A stretch of 64,000 nucleotides of DNA from Lingula anatina (taxonomy: Eukaryota; Animalia; Brachiopoda). A program made the translations under genes and the position numbers. Positions 27,462 to 41,386 of this stretch are shown in pieces; position 1 is the stretch's first letter, and each line of letters begins with the position of its first letter. The notes under the pieces are model-generated. The model did not search any database and was not told where the DNA came from. It saw only the letters and a list, made by a program, of their open reading frames with translations. The stretch spans positions 25,592,225-25,656,224 of the forward strand of contig CM120640.1 in assembly GCA_051362555.1 (NCBI GenBank), given 5' to 3'.

Positions 27462-28220
27462 GATGATGATGCGATTTACAAAGGATCGATAACTAAAAAA
27501 CCCTGATACATACTTAATCTATAACCATACAGAAATAAATTCACTGTGATTAAAGAAATTATGTCTTAATTTTACTTACGTCGGACAACAAGCATCGCCG
27601 TCATTATTGATCCCGTATGGACTGTAGGGAATGAGGTTGGTCGCGATGCTCACTGCCCCGCCTGACGCACCGGATCGCACTCCATAGGATGGAGTTTTAA
27701 TGGAATTGCGGCCACCTTGTGGGAAATTGTTATTGCCACTAACAAGGCCCTGGTTTTGGTACCCTAGGTAGGGGTCTCCACCTCGCACCAGGTTCCCAGG
27801 AACACCGAATTGTACCATTCCTCTGGATGTCATGTTTCTCATCCGGTTGATGATGTTGTTGCCGAGGGCCGGGTGAAAGCCTTTAGGGCCTTTTCCATAC
27901 GACCTCAGCTCAACAGACTTAGTGTAGAGCTCGTTGATGTTGCGAATCACAGGCAGATCTCGCCCAAACGTGTCCTCGTCCTCTAATTTTGCTTCATTTT
28001 CAGATACAAAAAGTCCTAAATAGGCGTTAAGAACATTGGGAATCTTGGGACTTTGTGTCGGCGCTGGTGTCGTTGTTGTTGTTGGAGCTGGTTGTCTTAG
28101 AGGCAGCCGAAATCCTTGATAAGGTACAAAAGCGACTTTTTCAGAAAGTTGAGTCTGACTGGTTATATTGGCAACGAGTACACTTATCAGGATGAGGATG
28201 GCTTGAGTCCTGTTATCCAT
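26863..28220 (-). CDS. Secreted Spaetzle-like cystine-knot protein, paralog B (312 aa)
   Basis: Exons 27580-28220, 27248-27364 and 26863-27043 join in frame with the same phases and the same 117-nt middle exon as paralog A. Signal peptide MDNRTQAILILISVLVANITS; DACCPT...QPMDTVENIHGEKFVPVQL...KYQTFAVAEC...CPGQCVTT...FEKFRLPTGCVC. Confidence 0.85.
27415..27471. repeat. (GA)n + (GAT)n compound microsatellite
   Basis: Directly visible, in intron 1 of paralog B. Confidence 0.9.
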
Positions 28221-31200
28221 TTTTGACTGAAATAATCCCCTCATACTTGTCAAAAACAAGAAAAAACGCGCATAGTTGAAGCGTTCTCGACGAAGCTCTT
28301 TGTCTCAAATGTGGGGACGTAGTTTTGAGCTTTCAATTAATTGAAGTGTGAAAGAAGGGCATTGTGTGTCTAGATCAAATCTCACACAGAAAATTATAGT
28401 CGCAGGTGCATTTATACTGAAGACGATTGAGGCTTAATGACGCCTATGTATGCATATGGTCCGATATCAACGCGCAGGATCTTGTCGGGTTAAAGGGACC
28501 TCTTTATTTATTGTATATTTCTGACATTCTGACGTGCTCGCTGTATTCTCTTCTTCGAGTTATCTGGTTAACCCAGGTTAAACACGGTTTTAATGTGTTA
28601 AAGAGTATCTGCGTAATTGAAATTGCATCATCTGTTCTCTAATACTTATGTAGCACTCGGTAATTTATGCTAGTGGAATAAGGGTATACCCCTTGCGTAT
28701 CTTCTTATGAAAAAAGAGCGGTGCATGTTAAGAAAATTACTGTTATTATGTTAAAAAAGAAAGTTTGCCAAGTGATGTCACCAACGTAATTCACGCAAAC
28801 TTCAATGTATCTTACTTCTTAGCGAAAGGACTGAATTCGATCGAAGTGACTTTTCTTCTCTCCTTACAGAGCACTTTTTATCTGCATATACGATGTCATT
28901 TGACATTTTACATGCAAAATTCATACCAAGAAGCAACTTCAAGCTACAAATAGCGTAGCGCTACAATGTCGGCGCGACGAGTTGTGTAAAAGAATGCTTC
29001 GAAAATGGTTTTGACTACAAAATCCATCACCTTTTACCCGCACGAAGTGAACAGTTTTATAAGCTATATAACCTACGAAGTGCCCACATATTTAAAGTGC
29101 CAAAATTGAGAGCCCCAAGAACTTTTATTTCCTGGCCATTGTCAATTGTGTAATTTTGTGATTTTACTAACTACATCCAAAAATTCAATTCTACTACAAT
29201 TCTTAAAAAGTTATTGAAATATTTCTAAATGTATTTTAGAAAATGTTTTAATGTCACATATGTATTTCTTAGAATCACCATATTTAGTATAGTTATATAT
29301 GTACCACCCAACTTTTGGCAGCAAATAAATATTATAATTTTCAGTATTTTGCTCTATCGCGCTTTGTGTTCGCACCATATTCGATTGAATCGAAATCAAA
29401 ATCTAATATGAGTGCTGGCGAAAAGAAATAAGACAAGAGTGATTTGAACAATTTTCAAAGAGAATGTTCGACTTTCGGAATGCAGTTGTGTGGACGGTGA
29501 ACTACAAAGGCATGAAAATGACTTAAATTATTTGTTTACCAATTTGTCTAGCGGTCATCGCTCAAACTAAACGATCTTCAGTTTAACACAGCCTAGACCC
29601 AAGAAGAAAGAATGAGCAACTACACATGTATATTGTACTATGTCTATTCTTTTTATTCATACAAGGCTATTAGCGACAGTGCCCCTAAATTAACCCCGAA
29701 TTGCGGGCTGGATGGGAATGTGATAGTGCTGTTGATCCAGTGGACAACTCCACTCAGCTGCCGCATCGGGACTGGACGAATTGACCCTACAACATTCTCC
29801 ATAGACCTTTCTGGGTATGAAAGCACAGTCATGGAATCACGAGTTCTGTGACGCATGAGCGGGAATTTTTTTTTTTCTGTTTCAGCTTGTTGGCACAGGC
29901 AAGAGGAATGTCCTGTTTTCAGAGCCAAGTGATAAGTACCCAAGTTTTTTTTCGCCAACAATCTTAGTTCGTTATAGGAGGTAAGAGGGATCTGTGGTGC
30001 TAACGTCTACTTAGCCTTAAACAGTTTGCTGAATACAAGTTGCTGTGATAACGACGATACATTTGTTTGATGGTACATCTGGCTGTCGTATACATTGAAG
30101 TTGCGCCTTATCAGCAATTTTATCTATCAATATTGTATCTCGGTAAAATACTTGTATGCTAAGGTGTCATGTCACGTAGGCAATCAAGACCCAAAAAAAT
30201 AGATTTCTCTAGTGAATGACATAAGATTTGAACCAGTATGCAACGCGCATCACTTCAATTGTTGAGAAATATGAAATATCAAACTATGGTCCAAAATCTA
30301 TCTATAAAATACTATTGAAGTTGAAAACGGAAACGATGGTAACGCACAATAACCCGATTTCTTCACCCATCAAAATTTGCAATGAAGAACAATTTTTGTA
30401 TTTCTCTAGTGTGTAATCCGTTAATGATCCCTGAGATGAAACAAACCAATATTATTCTGATAACTTTATTTTCCATGATGTACAGCGGCAAAACAGACTG
30501 GTATGTCTATGTCCCAGTATTAAGCGCTTTTTGAGAGTTATGTTCGGTTAAGAATTAAAAAGTTTAAAATGCACAGCAATGTTTGTTTTAATAAGACAAA
30601 TCCATCCCCTTTCACCTGAAGGTACCCCCATTGTAATCCAACACATACAGTCTGTAGAAATATTTTGGCAGACTTTCAAAGACGATAAGCCATTAATGTT
30701 GTAACCCAGTATTGTGGACGTGCACTTATCGTTTTTCTCGATGTACATAACCAATGTAGCACAATTATCTTTTCAATATTGGATTCTTTTCTGAATATAA
30801 GGAACAAAATGATCGATACTTTCGACTTTTTATTTGCACTTCATAATAATAATTATTATTATTATAATTATAATGATAATTACATTGTATACAGTGATTC
30901 ACAAACGCTGCCATTGCGTAATCCATGATATCTGCCAAATAGACTTTCAGGAAAAATTAAATCAATGAATAATGGATGAGCGCATTCTGCGAATCATTTG
31001 AACGTGGTAATGGTGGGTTTCCATTAATTTGAGCCCAACAGACGTGGAATGATTGTAGGCAAATGGTTTAATACACCATGATTCAAAGGCTGATGAGGTC
31101 GTTCCATCGACAATTGTTTTTTGATTGCAAAAACAGCCTATATTATCAAAGTAAATGCAGTTTCCCTGGAGAGAAAAAATAAATGGCATTTTACATACCA

Positions 31201-34200
31201 TGATGCAACGCTATGTATTCGAGGAACAGATAAATGTTAGCAATGTTCAGAGTCGAACTTAACGCTCGAGAGCGATTCGGCATTCTCCGAGTACATGTGC
31301 TCTGTGCAGTTTTGCGTGATACCTTCGCGTTCCGACATCAATAATAAATGGGACATGCACTTATCCACTTTAACTGGACCTTTCAGTCTATCACATTGGC
31401 CTTGTGGTCAGGCCAGTGAGTTCAATGTTCATGTCTATTACTCTTGGGGCCGGTGCTTCTTCGCATGCCAGGCTCCCCTTATTACTTTAATTGTATAATC
31501 TAATGCGGGTTTTGGGCAAGTGATTGGATAGTCTTTAAATGAAACGCAAAAATCTGACAAGAATAAGATCAGAAATATTCAATATCATCCTTAAAATCGA
31601 CATGAAGTATTCCCAAATTCCTTTTGAAACTATGTCTATTTCAGTATCAATCTCATAGATGCAGCTGAAAAAGACCAACATCCAATAACAGTTCAATTCA
31701 CGTCACACTGAAGCCCCACTGAAATCAGCTTCTTGACACAGATAAATGGGTACATAAAGAAATGATTTGGATTTCACTGTATAATCTGATGGGTTCGGGG
31801 AATTTCATATGATATTCTTCAAGCATAACGCAAGCATCTGACAAGAATTAACTAGGAAATATTTAATAGAACCGATATGAAGTAAGAAGTGAATTCCCTA
31901 ATTCCTTGTTTAATGATTTTTTAAAATATCAGTCTTAACACCAAGCTGAATAAGACCATCATACAATTCACTTGACATGCCTGTCGCTTCTTGGCGCAGA
32001 TAAATAGGCATATATAGATGCAGAAATGTTATAGATACTACTATTCACTCAAATGAATAGCATTTTGATTTCCCTCAGTTTAGTTCGATTCTTTTTTTAA
32101 GACGGTGATTGCACAAAGACCAATTAAAAAGATTTAAATACAGAATGCTATCGTGCTGAAATCGCGTAAGCCAAGCAGGGAGGTCGATATAGAGCCTAGG
32201 AGGGATTTCTACTTGTCATCTCTTTTTTAATTTGATTGTCTATTACATAGTTGTTACATGGGCCAAGGGTATTGACTCTTTGCATTTGTGCTTTATCTGT
32301 AGCAATGAGAGTGTAATCTAAAACATACAAGAGGTGTTCTTGGTTTATTTATTCATTGTAATTATTAACGTGCACTTCAAATGCTAATCTAATACTGTTT
32401 CTTTATTATTAACGCTGTGTTTATCTCTCGACGGTTTAAAAAATAGTTTCAAGTTTTCAATAAAGAAGAAACCATTTAAGCAAAATTTGTTTTGAAAATT
32501 CACTGTTATCCATACGAACAGTAAGAAAAAGACTGGTCAGAACTTGTCATTGTGAGATTAAAGGCCACGCAGCAGATATAAGGTTCAATAAGGACCAATA
32601 CCCGACATTGTTTGCCATTGATTTCACTAACGTATGTGATGCCATCAAAAGTTTGGTCCTGGAAAAGAGGCAAGGGAATCAAATATAGCAATGACAGTCT
32701 TTGAAAGCTTTGACATTTTTGTATCTCGGTCTTTACGGGCACCAATGTTCAGTTCATTTACAGATGGAGTCTTCTAAAAACTATATAAATCGACACCGTC
32801 TATTAAATTTCCGGATAATGCATGTCCATGTTTAATGAGCAATCAATATCCGCCCTTTTTTTTCCAAATGTGCTCCGAATCATTGTATGCTTAACTTGGT
32901 AGGTTAACTTGAATTATAAAAATACAACAAGCAAAATGAGTGGCCCCTTCATACCATTGATTATATCTCAAACATTAGCTTGTTAGGAAAAGATTGGTAA
33001 AACCAAGGAGTTATAACAGAAGGAGATTACACGCAAGCCTCTCTATTGTCCGATGTCTGTTACGGTGGGCGGAGCTAGCTACGGGGGGCCTCCTGTCTCA
33101 AGGTTTCGTCTGGGTCGCTCTCCTCCGCTCGGAGATTGATTTTATATGCGTTATTTCGCGTTAGAATTCGAAATCAGTAGTGTCAAAGCGGCGCTGTATG
33201 CTGACGATTTTTTCACAGGTAGTTATTTGGACGATGTGCTGGGAGGGAACGATATCATAGAAAGCGATTTTAAGGTGGTGACTGAGGATGGTCGCCATGA
33301 GTTTTTTTGAGTCGGTGATAGATGGCTTTTCTTTTGCACAACACAGTGAAAAATCACCAAGGATAAGTCAAAAGAAAACGTCCCAACTGTGGTTTGTGAA
33401 AATGACATTCAAGTGAACGTCTGTCCTCACTGCCAAAGAACATAATATTAATACATAAACGTTTGGACCCTCCTGCCCTTGGGTCCCATAAACATATACA
33501 TTGAGACAGTGCCTAAGCTTTGTGACTGCATGGTTTTAAATTTCTTTAAGTATTTTTTTCTCTCACTCGGTATAATTTTAATATCCTAATGCATTGAAGT
33601 GAAATTTTAATCAAAGGTTGAAGCAATGCCACGACATGTCAATTTACTAAATACTCGTTATAAATTTCTTTATCTTGGAAATCTCCCTTTTTTTTTGGAT
33701 TATTTTGACACATACTAACACTTCATATTTGTCGGTAAACAAGTACACAGTGCTAAACATTAAGAATATTCATTCATAAATATATTTATGTACAAAATAT
33801 ATCAGAAATTTTAGTATTAACTGAGCTTTTTAAAGTGAAACAAATAAAGATGAGAATTTTTAATTTCAAACTATTATTTACTATATTAACTTAAAATATC
33901 TTTTAAGTCAACTCTATACTCAAGCATCATGATAGTAGCATCTGTGAGTAAAACCATTTTATTATATCAATAGAAGAACAAAAACAAAATTTTACACATA
34001 AGCAGTAATTAATGAAGTCATAAGAATGATTAAGTTGCTATAGTTTTCCAGTTTTATGCAGTCTATGTTGGCATTTTTTTCAACCGTGCAAATAGAAATA
34101 ATTATATTCTTTTTTTATCTGACTTGCTGATACCAGTCTGTGCCAGATACTATTCCACTCACAGGCCAGCAAGGTCTGAGAATCTAATGGGCTGGATGAT

Positions 34201-35157
34201 AAAAAAACCTAGAAGTTAAAGTGGCTAATTCTTACAAATAGGATAAAAAACATGGGGTTTTCAAAAGGTAATCATAAGTAAAGACAACACTTAGTAAGAA
34301 CATTTATAAAATGAACTGGAGTACATGTTACAGCTGAAAAAATTAACTGCTTTAAAGAAATTTCACTGAAACAGTCCAAATTTTACTTGCAATCAAGTAG
34401 ACTGTTATACCATGGCACTCAACAAATTATATATAGGTTTTGAATTTTTTTCCACGTGACAGTAACATAAAATTTATGTCAACTTTTGAAATGTATAGAA
34501 TCAGTTAGGTGACTGAAAATATTTTAAAATGTCATGAAGGAGCACTATTAATTTAATGCAATCTCTGTTGGCCAGTCTTATCCAGTTTCTTCTCCAAAAA
34601 GGACAACTCAAGTGAGAATTTCTTCAAGACCTTTTCTTCTGCCTGCCAATGCCATGCCACTCAGAAAAGAGAGAAACCTGTAGGTTAGAAAAAAACAAAC
34701 ATCATAATAGCATTATGAACTACTAGTATCCATGTAGACATTATGGAATTACGCAGTGAAGTTTAATGTATCTTGTTATGACTTGACTGAAATAATGTTC
34801 ACCACATAAATGAACAATTTACAACTAAATTTATATAGAATATCAAGATTCATGATCACAAGCTAATAACTCCAAGAAATTGAAAGAAATTGTACTTATT
34901 ACAAGAAATTATTTAAATCCGCCCTGGTTCCTACTCTTCTGACAGGACAAAAAGGGGATTTCAGAGAGGTCGGTTGCTAAAAGGAAAATGCCCAAGGTTG
35001 TTGTATTTTGAAAAAAATTTAAAAAAAGGGTACTGTTGTTAGTGAATGTTTAATGCATCGTAGGCATTATGAGAAAAGTAACTTACCCCAGACACGCTGA
35101 CCTCCTTTTTTCATTGACATTTTTTAATTTTTTCCAGCCTGACCATAATTCATACAT

Positions 35158-36634
35158 TCAATGCAGCCTTCTCCCATATCTATAATAGAAGGGAAAAAAA
35201 ACTTGAGCAGTGTTAAGATAAGCATGTAAAATTCATTATCAATTTTGAGAGAATTTCTGTTTCAACACTGCAAGATGAAATATTTACTTTCAAGTAATGA
35301 ATAAACCTTAATAGAGTTCTATTCTTTTGTAACCACCAAGGCAAAGCTTCTTTCTTAAAATGAACTGAGACATCCAAGCTTGCCACCTAACATGCCAAAG
35401 TAGTGAAGTATAATTAAAGTAGAGAAGCAAGTACCCTTAATTATAGAGGTGTCTTACACAATAAGGTGTGTCTTACACACCTTGACCCAAAGGGAGATGT
35501 GTAGTGAGATAACAGGTAGAGTAATTGGTGGAGCCTAGGTGAACTTAAAACCTTAAGACTTTAAATTAAGACAGCACCAGGATTCATGTGTGTTCTTTTT
35601 TCAAAGGTTTAATATGAATTAAAACATATATATGTAAAAGGAAGACTAAATAAGTTTAAAATAACTATACCAAAGATACTGGACCGCCATGATGGAAAAT
35701 GCTGGGTGGAGGCAAAACTTTTCCAGTCAAAATAACTGAGCACCTTACTTTAACAACAAAGTTACCACTCCAAAGCCACCCATCATGGTGAGAAGAAAAA
35801 TGATGAACAACTGTCATGATAAGTCTTTTTAGTTTTAAACACGAAAAAGGTAAAGGCCAAAATGGTACATTTACCCATAACACTAGAGTAAAAAATTGGT
35901 ATTCTGAACAAATCAGGTTATTTTTTTCAAGAAATATTGGAGCAATACCCATGCAATATATACCACGCCACGACCAAGATGTTCAAGAATCTAAACACAC
36001 CAAATTTTTTTATAATCTTGCATTTGAAAAGTACAAAAAGCGGTAAGGCTTTTGGCCGTAACAAGCGTAACACTTTTTGATCGGAACTCATGAAAATTGT
36101 CAATTGTCGTATCCAAGCTAGACCACATGTAAAATCGCAAAAAAAAACAATACTGCTCAAGCAAGTGTGTTGCACACATAACAATTAGTTAAATTTTATG
36201 ACTGTCATGTGACACAAGTTTCAAAAAGTAGGAGGAAAATGTCTTTTGGAGTAATTTTTTTTCGAAATATTAACAAGATGGCGGCTTAAGCATTTGCTTG
36301 TTATTCGGCTACTGAAAGTGCACCTAAGTTTTATTCTTTGCTATTGCCACAAATTACTTAACAATTGCAACTGTATAAAGACCAAACTTTCTTCATCTGA
36401 AACTATATTTATAGGCACTTGTTATGAGTGGGAAATATTTTTCGTGCAATATTTATTCTCCACACACCACCTCGCGAGATCAACGTGTAGCTGGACACTT
36501 ACACAGTGAGACCCTACGACATAAAAGTTGCAATTTATCTTCATATTTCGTGTAGTTATGCATTTAAAAGCACTTACCTGTTTTTTGAAAACCTTGTCCA
36601 ACGTAATATCATATAAATTCTGTATTTCTCTCAT
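35158..36634 (-). CDS. Candidate ~46-aa single-pass membrane micropeptide (spliced sORF)
   Basis: Exons 36578-36634 (CAG|GTAAGT), 35749-35810 (AA|GTAAGG) and 35087-35179 (stop 35158-35160; GGG|GTAAGT), plus a 3'UTR exon from 34677, give MREIQNLYDITLDKVFKKQLFIIFLLTMMGGFGVVTLLLKYGRRLH. The exon-2 acceptor is weak. Confidence 0.5.
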
Positions 36635-36779
36635 TTTTTAGAAACTTGGGACTCTGTTTCTGTGTCTGTCCTCAAAAATCAACAGACGAAGGCACAGATA
36701 CTAACAAACGAGATTTAAACGAGAGTAGCAATTAAGCGTAACAGAGATAGGCATCTATTGTTCTCTGGGTTCTATTCAT

Positions 36780-36825
36780 TCCGACCAATGAGAGACCGTA
36801 ATACGGGCTCCGCCCCCACGCGTGT
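36780..36825. promoter_or_regulatory. CCAAT box and GC box upstream of the sORF gene
   Basis: CCAAT 36785-36789 and CCGCCCCC 36810-36817; a YY1 consensus AAGATGGCGGC lies at 36275-36285 in the first intron. Confidence 0.5.
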
Positions 36826-39800
36826 AATCTCCTTCTGTTATAACTCCTTGGTAAAACAAAGAATAAAAAGGGAATGTATTTCTTAATATGGCGATATTTG
36901 CAAGCGTAATAGCATAGCTTGTAAACGAGACAGAAAAGGGGATGTCGTTGAATCTATTGAAATGGCCCATGGCCTCGTATCATATATACGTAGCAATGTC
37001 ATTCTATAGCTAAATTTCACCAGTATAAAAACGATACCACCACCACCACCACCAGCAACGACGTTTAAAATTAGCCGCAACAATTTGACTTTTGCTCCTT
37101 GAGTCGATGCATCAGTCGAATGTACGTACAGGTTTCACACGCAGTCTTTCAAGCATCACACCCCTAGCAGTTTCTCACACCTGCATGTCATTTTATTGGA
37201 TAAAAAGCGACCGACTGCCCTTAATGAGAAGAAGATCTTTTGCACAAACACATTTAGGTCATTAGTTTCTCGTGAACACTGCACGGCATTCATTGCTCTT
37301 TGAGTGATCTTGTTATTTTTGGAGTTGTTTTTACTTTTCAGCAACAAGTGCGAAACAAATCACCATCCTGAAATGTATTTTCAAATAAGTGAGTTTTAAG
37401 ACATAAGAAAAAAGAGCCTCTGTTGTATTAAACGTTTTCAGTTAATAAGTACCCACCAACCATCACTATGATTGGCTCGATCACACATTTTAATTAAAGC
37501 TAAAATAAGCTATGGGGTGTGTTTCTTCTAGTACCTTTTATTTAATCCAACTAAATTTTCAAAAACTATATCTTTTCAACAATAGAAATATTTCCACTAC
37601 TAAAAGAAAATGCTTTTAAAGAACAGAATGTTTAACAAGGAATGAGATTTAACAAAACAATAATCTGTTGACTGTCCCTAATTGTTTATTTGCCTTGAAT
37701 TCTAATATTTGATTTATGATATCAGGTCATTAAAAACACTTATCATCTACTCTTGTCTTTAAACACTTATCATCTACTCTTGAGCAACGCTTAGGGCATG
37801 TAACATCAGAGGCATAACGGACTGTTCAGAGAAAGAATCCATAGAGAGATTTAAGAAATTGACCGCACCGCATATTGTTTGCCAACTTCAGGACATTAGA
37901 TCGATATTCCAAGATGTTCACTGGCCGTTCAAGCAGTCCAGGTTCTCTCCAAGGGAATTTCTCAAATATATGGAATTAATTGGGCAGTCATAAAACAAGG
38001 CCTGTAACCCAATAGCAGGGACTACTTCACCTTGATAGTTTTCAATCATTGTCTGCATATCTTGCCAGGGGACAAAACTAGTAGTCTGAGTACAGTTAAA
38101 AATTGCGGTGAAAAAGTCCCAATGCAACGTCTGAATTGCTCAAAATAGTCGATTATAGAGACACAGCTTATATGTAGGCAACAATGTGTCATCTTGGGTA
38201 AAATGGGTCATGGGTATAATCCCGTTGTAGGGATAAGCAAACAAATGTGATGCACAGATGCATTAATGCTTAAATGGTTCATTCTGATTATGCACTTTGT
38301 CGTTCTCTCGAAAATTTATTTCAATCTGAGGTTGGGATCACAATGGGACTATCGCAGTAGGTAGTTCGAACTAACTCAGCGGAAACTCGTGCTGAATGCA
38401 ATCAGATTAAAATGTTTACATGACTCCCCGGGCGTTGGGAAGAATTAAGAAAATTGGTGATTGTACGAGTACGAGTACGATGTAAACAAAATGAGGCGTT
38501 TAAATCTGTTAACTTGCTTGCATTCAGCGAGAGTCCCAGTGGAGTCTAGCACGATAGTTTCATTGTGAGCGCACCCGTAGTCAAATGAAGAGCAGGGCCC
38601 GTCTGCTTAAACATTATTTGCGGTCCCATAGCTTTATTTCCCATTTTGGTCCTGAATACCCTTAAAAGGGGGAATATATATCAAACTGATGGAATATTGT
38701 CATGCATATTGTATAATTCATCTTTTCAATTTCCACACGAACTTCCGACAGCATTCCTTAGTGAAAGCTTTAAATACGACACTCGGCACTTCGTCAATAC
38801 ACATTAATGTTGCGATATCGTGTGTAGTGACCAGTCTCGTGAGATCTACCCACTGTACTGTACCACTGTCCAACAAATGAGACAGGTACTGCCTCCCCCG
38901 TTCTTTAACATGCGACCTTAGAGCAAAAAATCAATTCCACATCAATGATTTAATGTTATTTCAACGTATCCTGGGGATTTTAAGAAAACTCCATGTCACT
39001 CTTGTATCACAAAAGTGATCGTGACAGACTGGGTACTGAGTTGATAGCTACTTTTACTTATATATCATCTAGCATAGCATTTCAGATATGTAATTATGGA
39101 CAGCAATATTGAAAATAATGGAAATAAGCAAATTGATAATCCCATACGTGAGTGGCCTTTAATAAAGCGGTGTAAGTTTGTAAAGAACATGATATGTAAG
39201 TAATTGTTATGAAAGACTTCATTGATTTCATCAATAAAAAGGAAAAAGCCTTTGTTTGATGGAACAGCATAAATAGGGGCTAAATAAAAAACTTAAAACC
39301 AAACACTGGCACCGGATTGCAATTCACACCCTAGTCGTCAACCATGCCAATGTTCATGACAAAATCTTTCAAAGTTACTAAGTTACGTTGGAAACCAATT
39401 ACTATCTCACACCAATTGACGAAGGAGCAAAACTGAAGATTAATGCCCGTGGGGTGGCGAATAAATCAAGGGACTTGTGCTCTTAAAGTGTTTATTTCTA
39501 TTGCACTAATTTAAAGATAAGTATTATACATAAAAACGGGAGAAGAAGTTATTTAGCCAAATGAAGACCACCATAACGTATCGAAACCCCTTAAAGATTT
39601 TTTTTTGATTTCTTTAAAAAAAAATTATCTAAACTTGACTGCTTACCAAATGATGTTTATTCCTGCCCGACTGGATGGCATTTGTTAGGACGAATGTTTG
39701 CAGCCGGTATATGATCCACGATGGCAGGAAATCATGACAATCTTATTACACTGGTAATGGATCTTTGATGACGTACATGTATTTTGTATAATGCGGATGT

Positions 39801-41340
39801 ATTTAGAATAATGAAGTAATGCACTTATTTTGATATCAGTCATAAAGCGTGACTGCGCAATAGGAATAGTCTTATCAGGAATCCTTTATTGGCGGTGGGG
39901 GGGGGGGGGGGTATAAACTGCATATTTACGAGAAAACAAAGCACTTATAAGACCAAACACTACAACGTATAATGTTATAATTCCAATTAAAAGTCTAATG
40001 TTGATAGATTAAAAAAATAATAAAAATAATAATAATAAAAAACAATTGAAGAATGTTCAAAATGAAATGCAGGGTCAGTGGAGTGAGTGGGGCCCTGAGG
40101 CGGGATCAGCATATAAGATGTTTCCTGTCTGCCAAATTCTCAGAGACGTGTGTTGTGTTAGTTTCCAGGGCGGGTTAGTCAGCCCGGTCAGGTAGGTCAC
40201 ACAATCTGTTTTAACTTTCCATCTTGGCGGGGTTTGGTCATCTGCGAGTTTTAAGGCACTTCTCTTTTTTCAAAATAACTTATTAGCTCGGGAGTGAGTG
40301 ATATATTAGGGCAGATGTTTTCATCTGCATCTTTCTCTGTAATGTCTTGCCTCTGCTTTGTGGGTAGTCGTTAAAATGGAGAAGCCGTTTTTCGGCAACA
40401 GTTTTAAGGTTAGATATCGATACTATCAATATTTTTAGAGTCAGGCACACGTTTTTATTTATTTTGATTAAATGAATAATAAGGACATGTTACCATTTAC
40501 ATTAAACCCAAACAAAAAGTCCTTAAAATTGGTTCCTAAGAACTGCATTTTATTCAGATCTACTCCGAAAGGTTTACAGAACTGACCACTGCACAACTAC
40601 ATTAACCTTACATGTAATAAGTCTCAACGATGAAGCAAGCAATATTTTTTGCCAATAATGAATTCAATAAGGGAGAAATCATGACCGTCACGAGAAATTT
40701 ATCTAGAGTATTGGCCGATATGCGTGCATGTTAAACTACGGAAATATTAATGTCTTATGAAAGGTCTATTATCTTACAGAAAACAGCAAAATAAAGTCTC
40801 AGTGGAAATAGAAAGTACATGCAGATTGATGGATAGCTTGGGAAAAGATCGAAAGTTTGACGGATAAATGTTTTAATCAATTTATTTCGGAGGTTGCAAC
40901 GACGCTTTGTAAAAAGCATTAGGACACTGCTGATTAGTAGAAAAGAGCAAAATAAGAAAAAAAGTGGTAGGGCTGACTCTTAAATAAATGGGGAATACTT
41001 GGCAAAATATTATGCTTATTTTGGGTTTCCGATGAGATGCCCTCTATGAATATGTCCACGGACTTTTGGGGTAAATAGGGCCCCGTAATTCGAAAGCATC
41101 GCGTATGGCGAATAACGATTTCACATAGAGGCTACAATGTATTATATGGGGCGAGTATGGGCGAATTATGGAATCGAGACCCTTGCGCTCGGTCGCAATG
41201 CGCGATGCTTTCGCGTTACGGAGCCCAGGTTCCACTGCACCTACTAAATAATAAAGTGCATCATGATGTCCTGACAGAAAGGCTGTACATATAAAGACTA
41301 AACAAGGAGTAAATCCTGGTCCACCTGTTCTGGAATGAGA

Positions 41341-41386
<46 letters not shown>

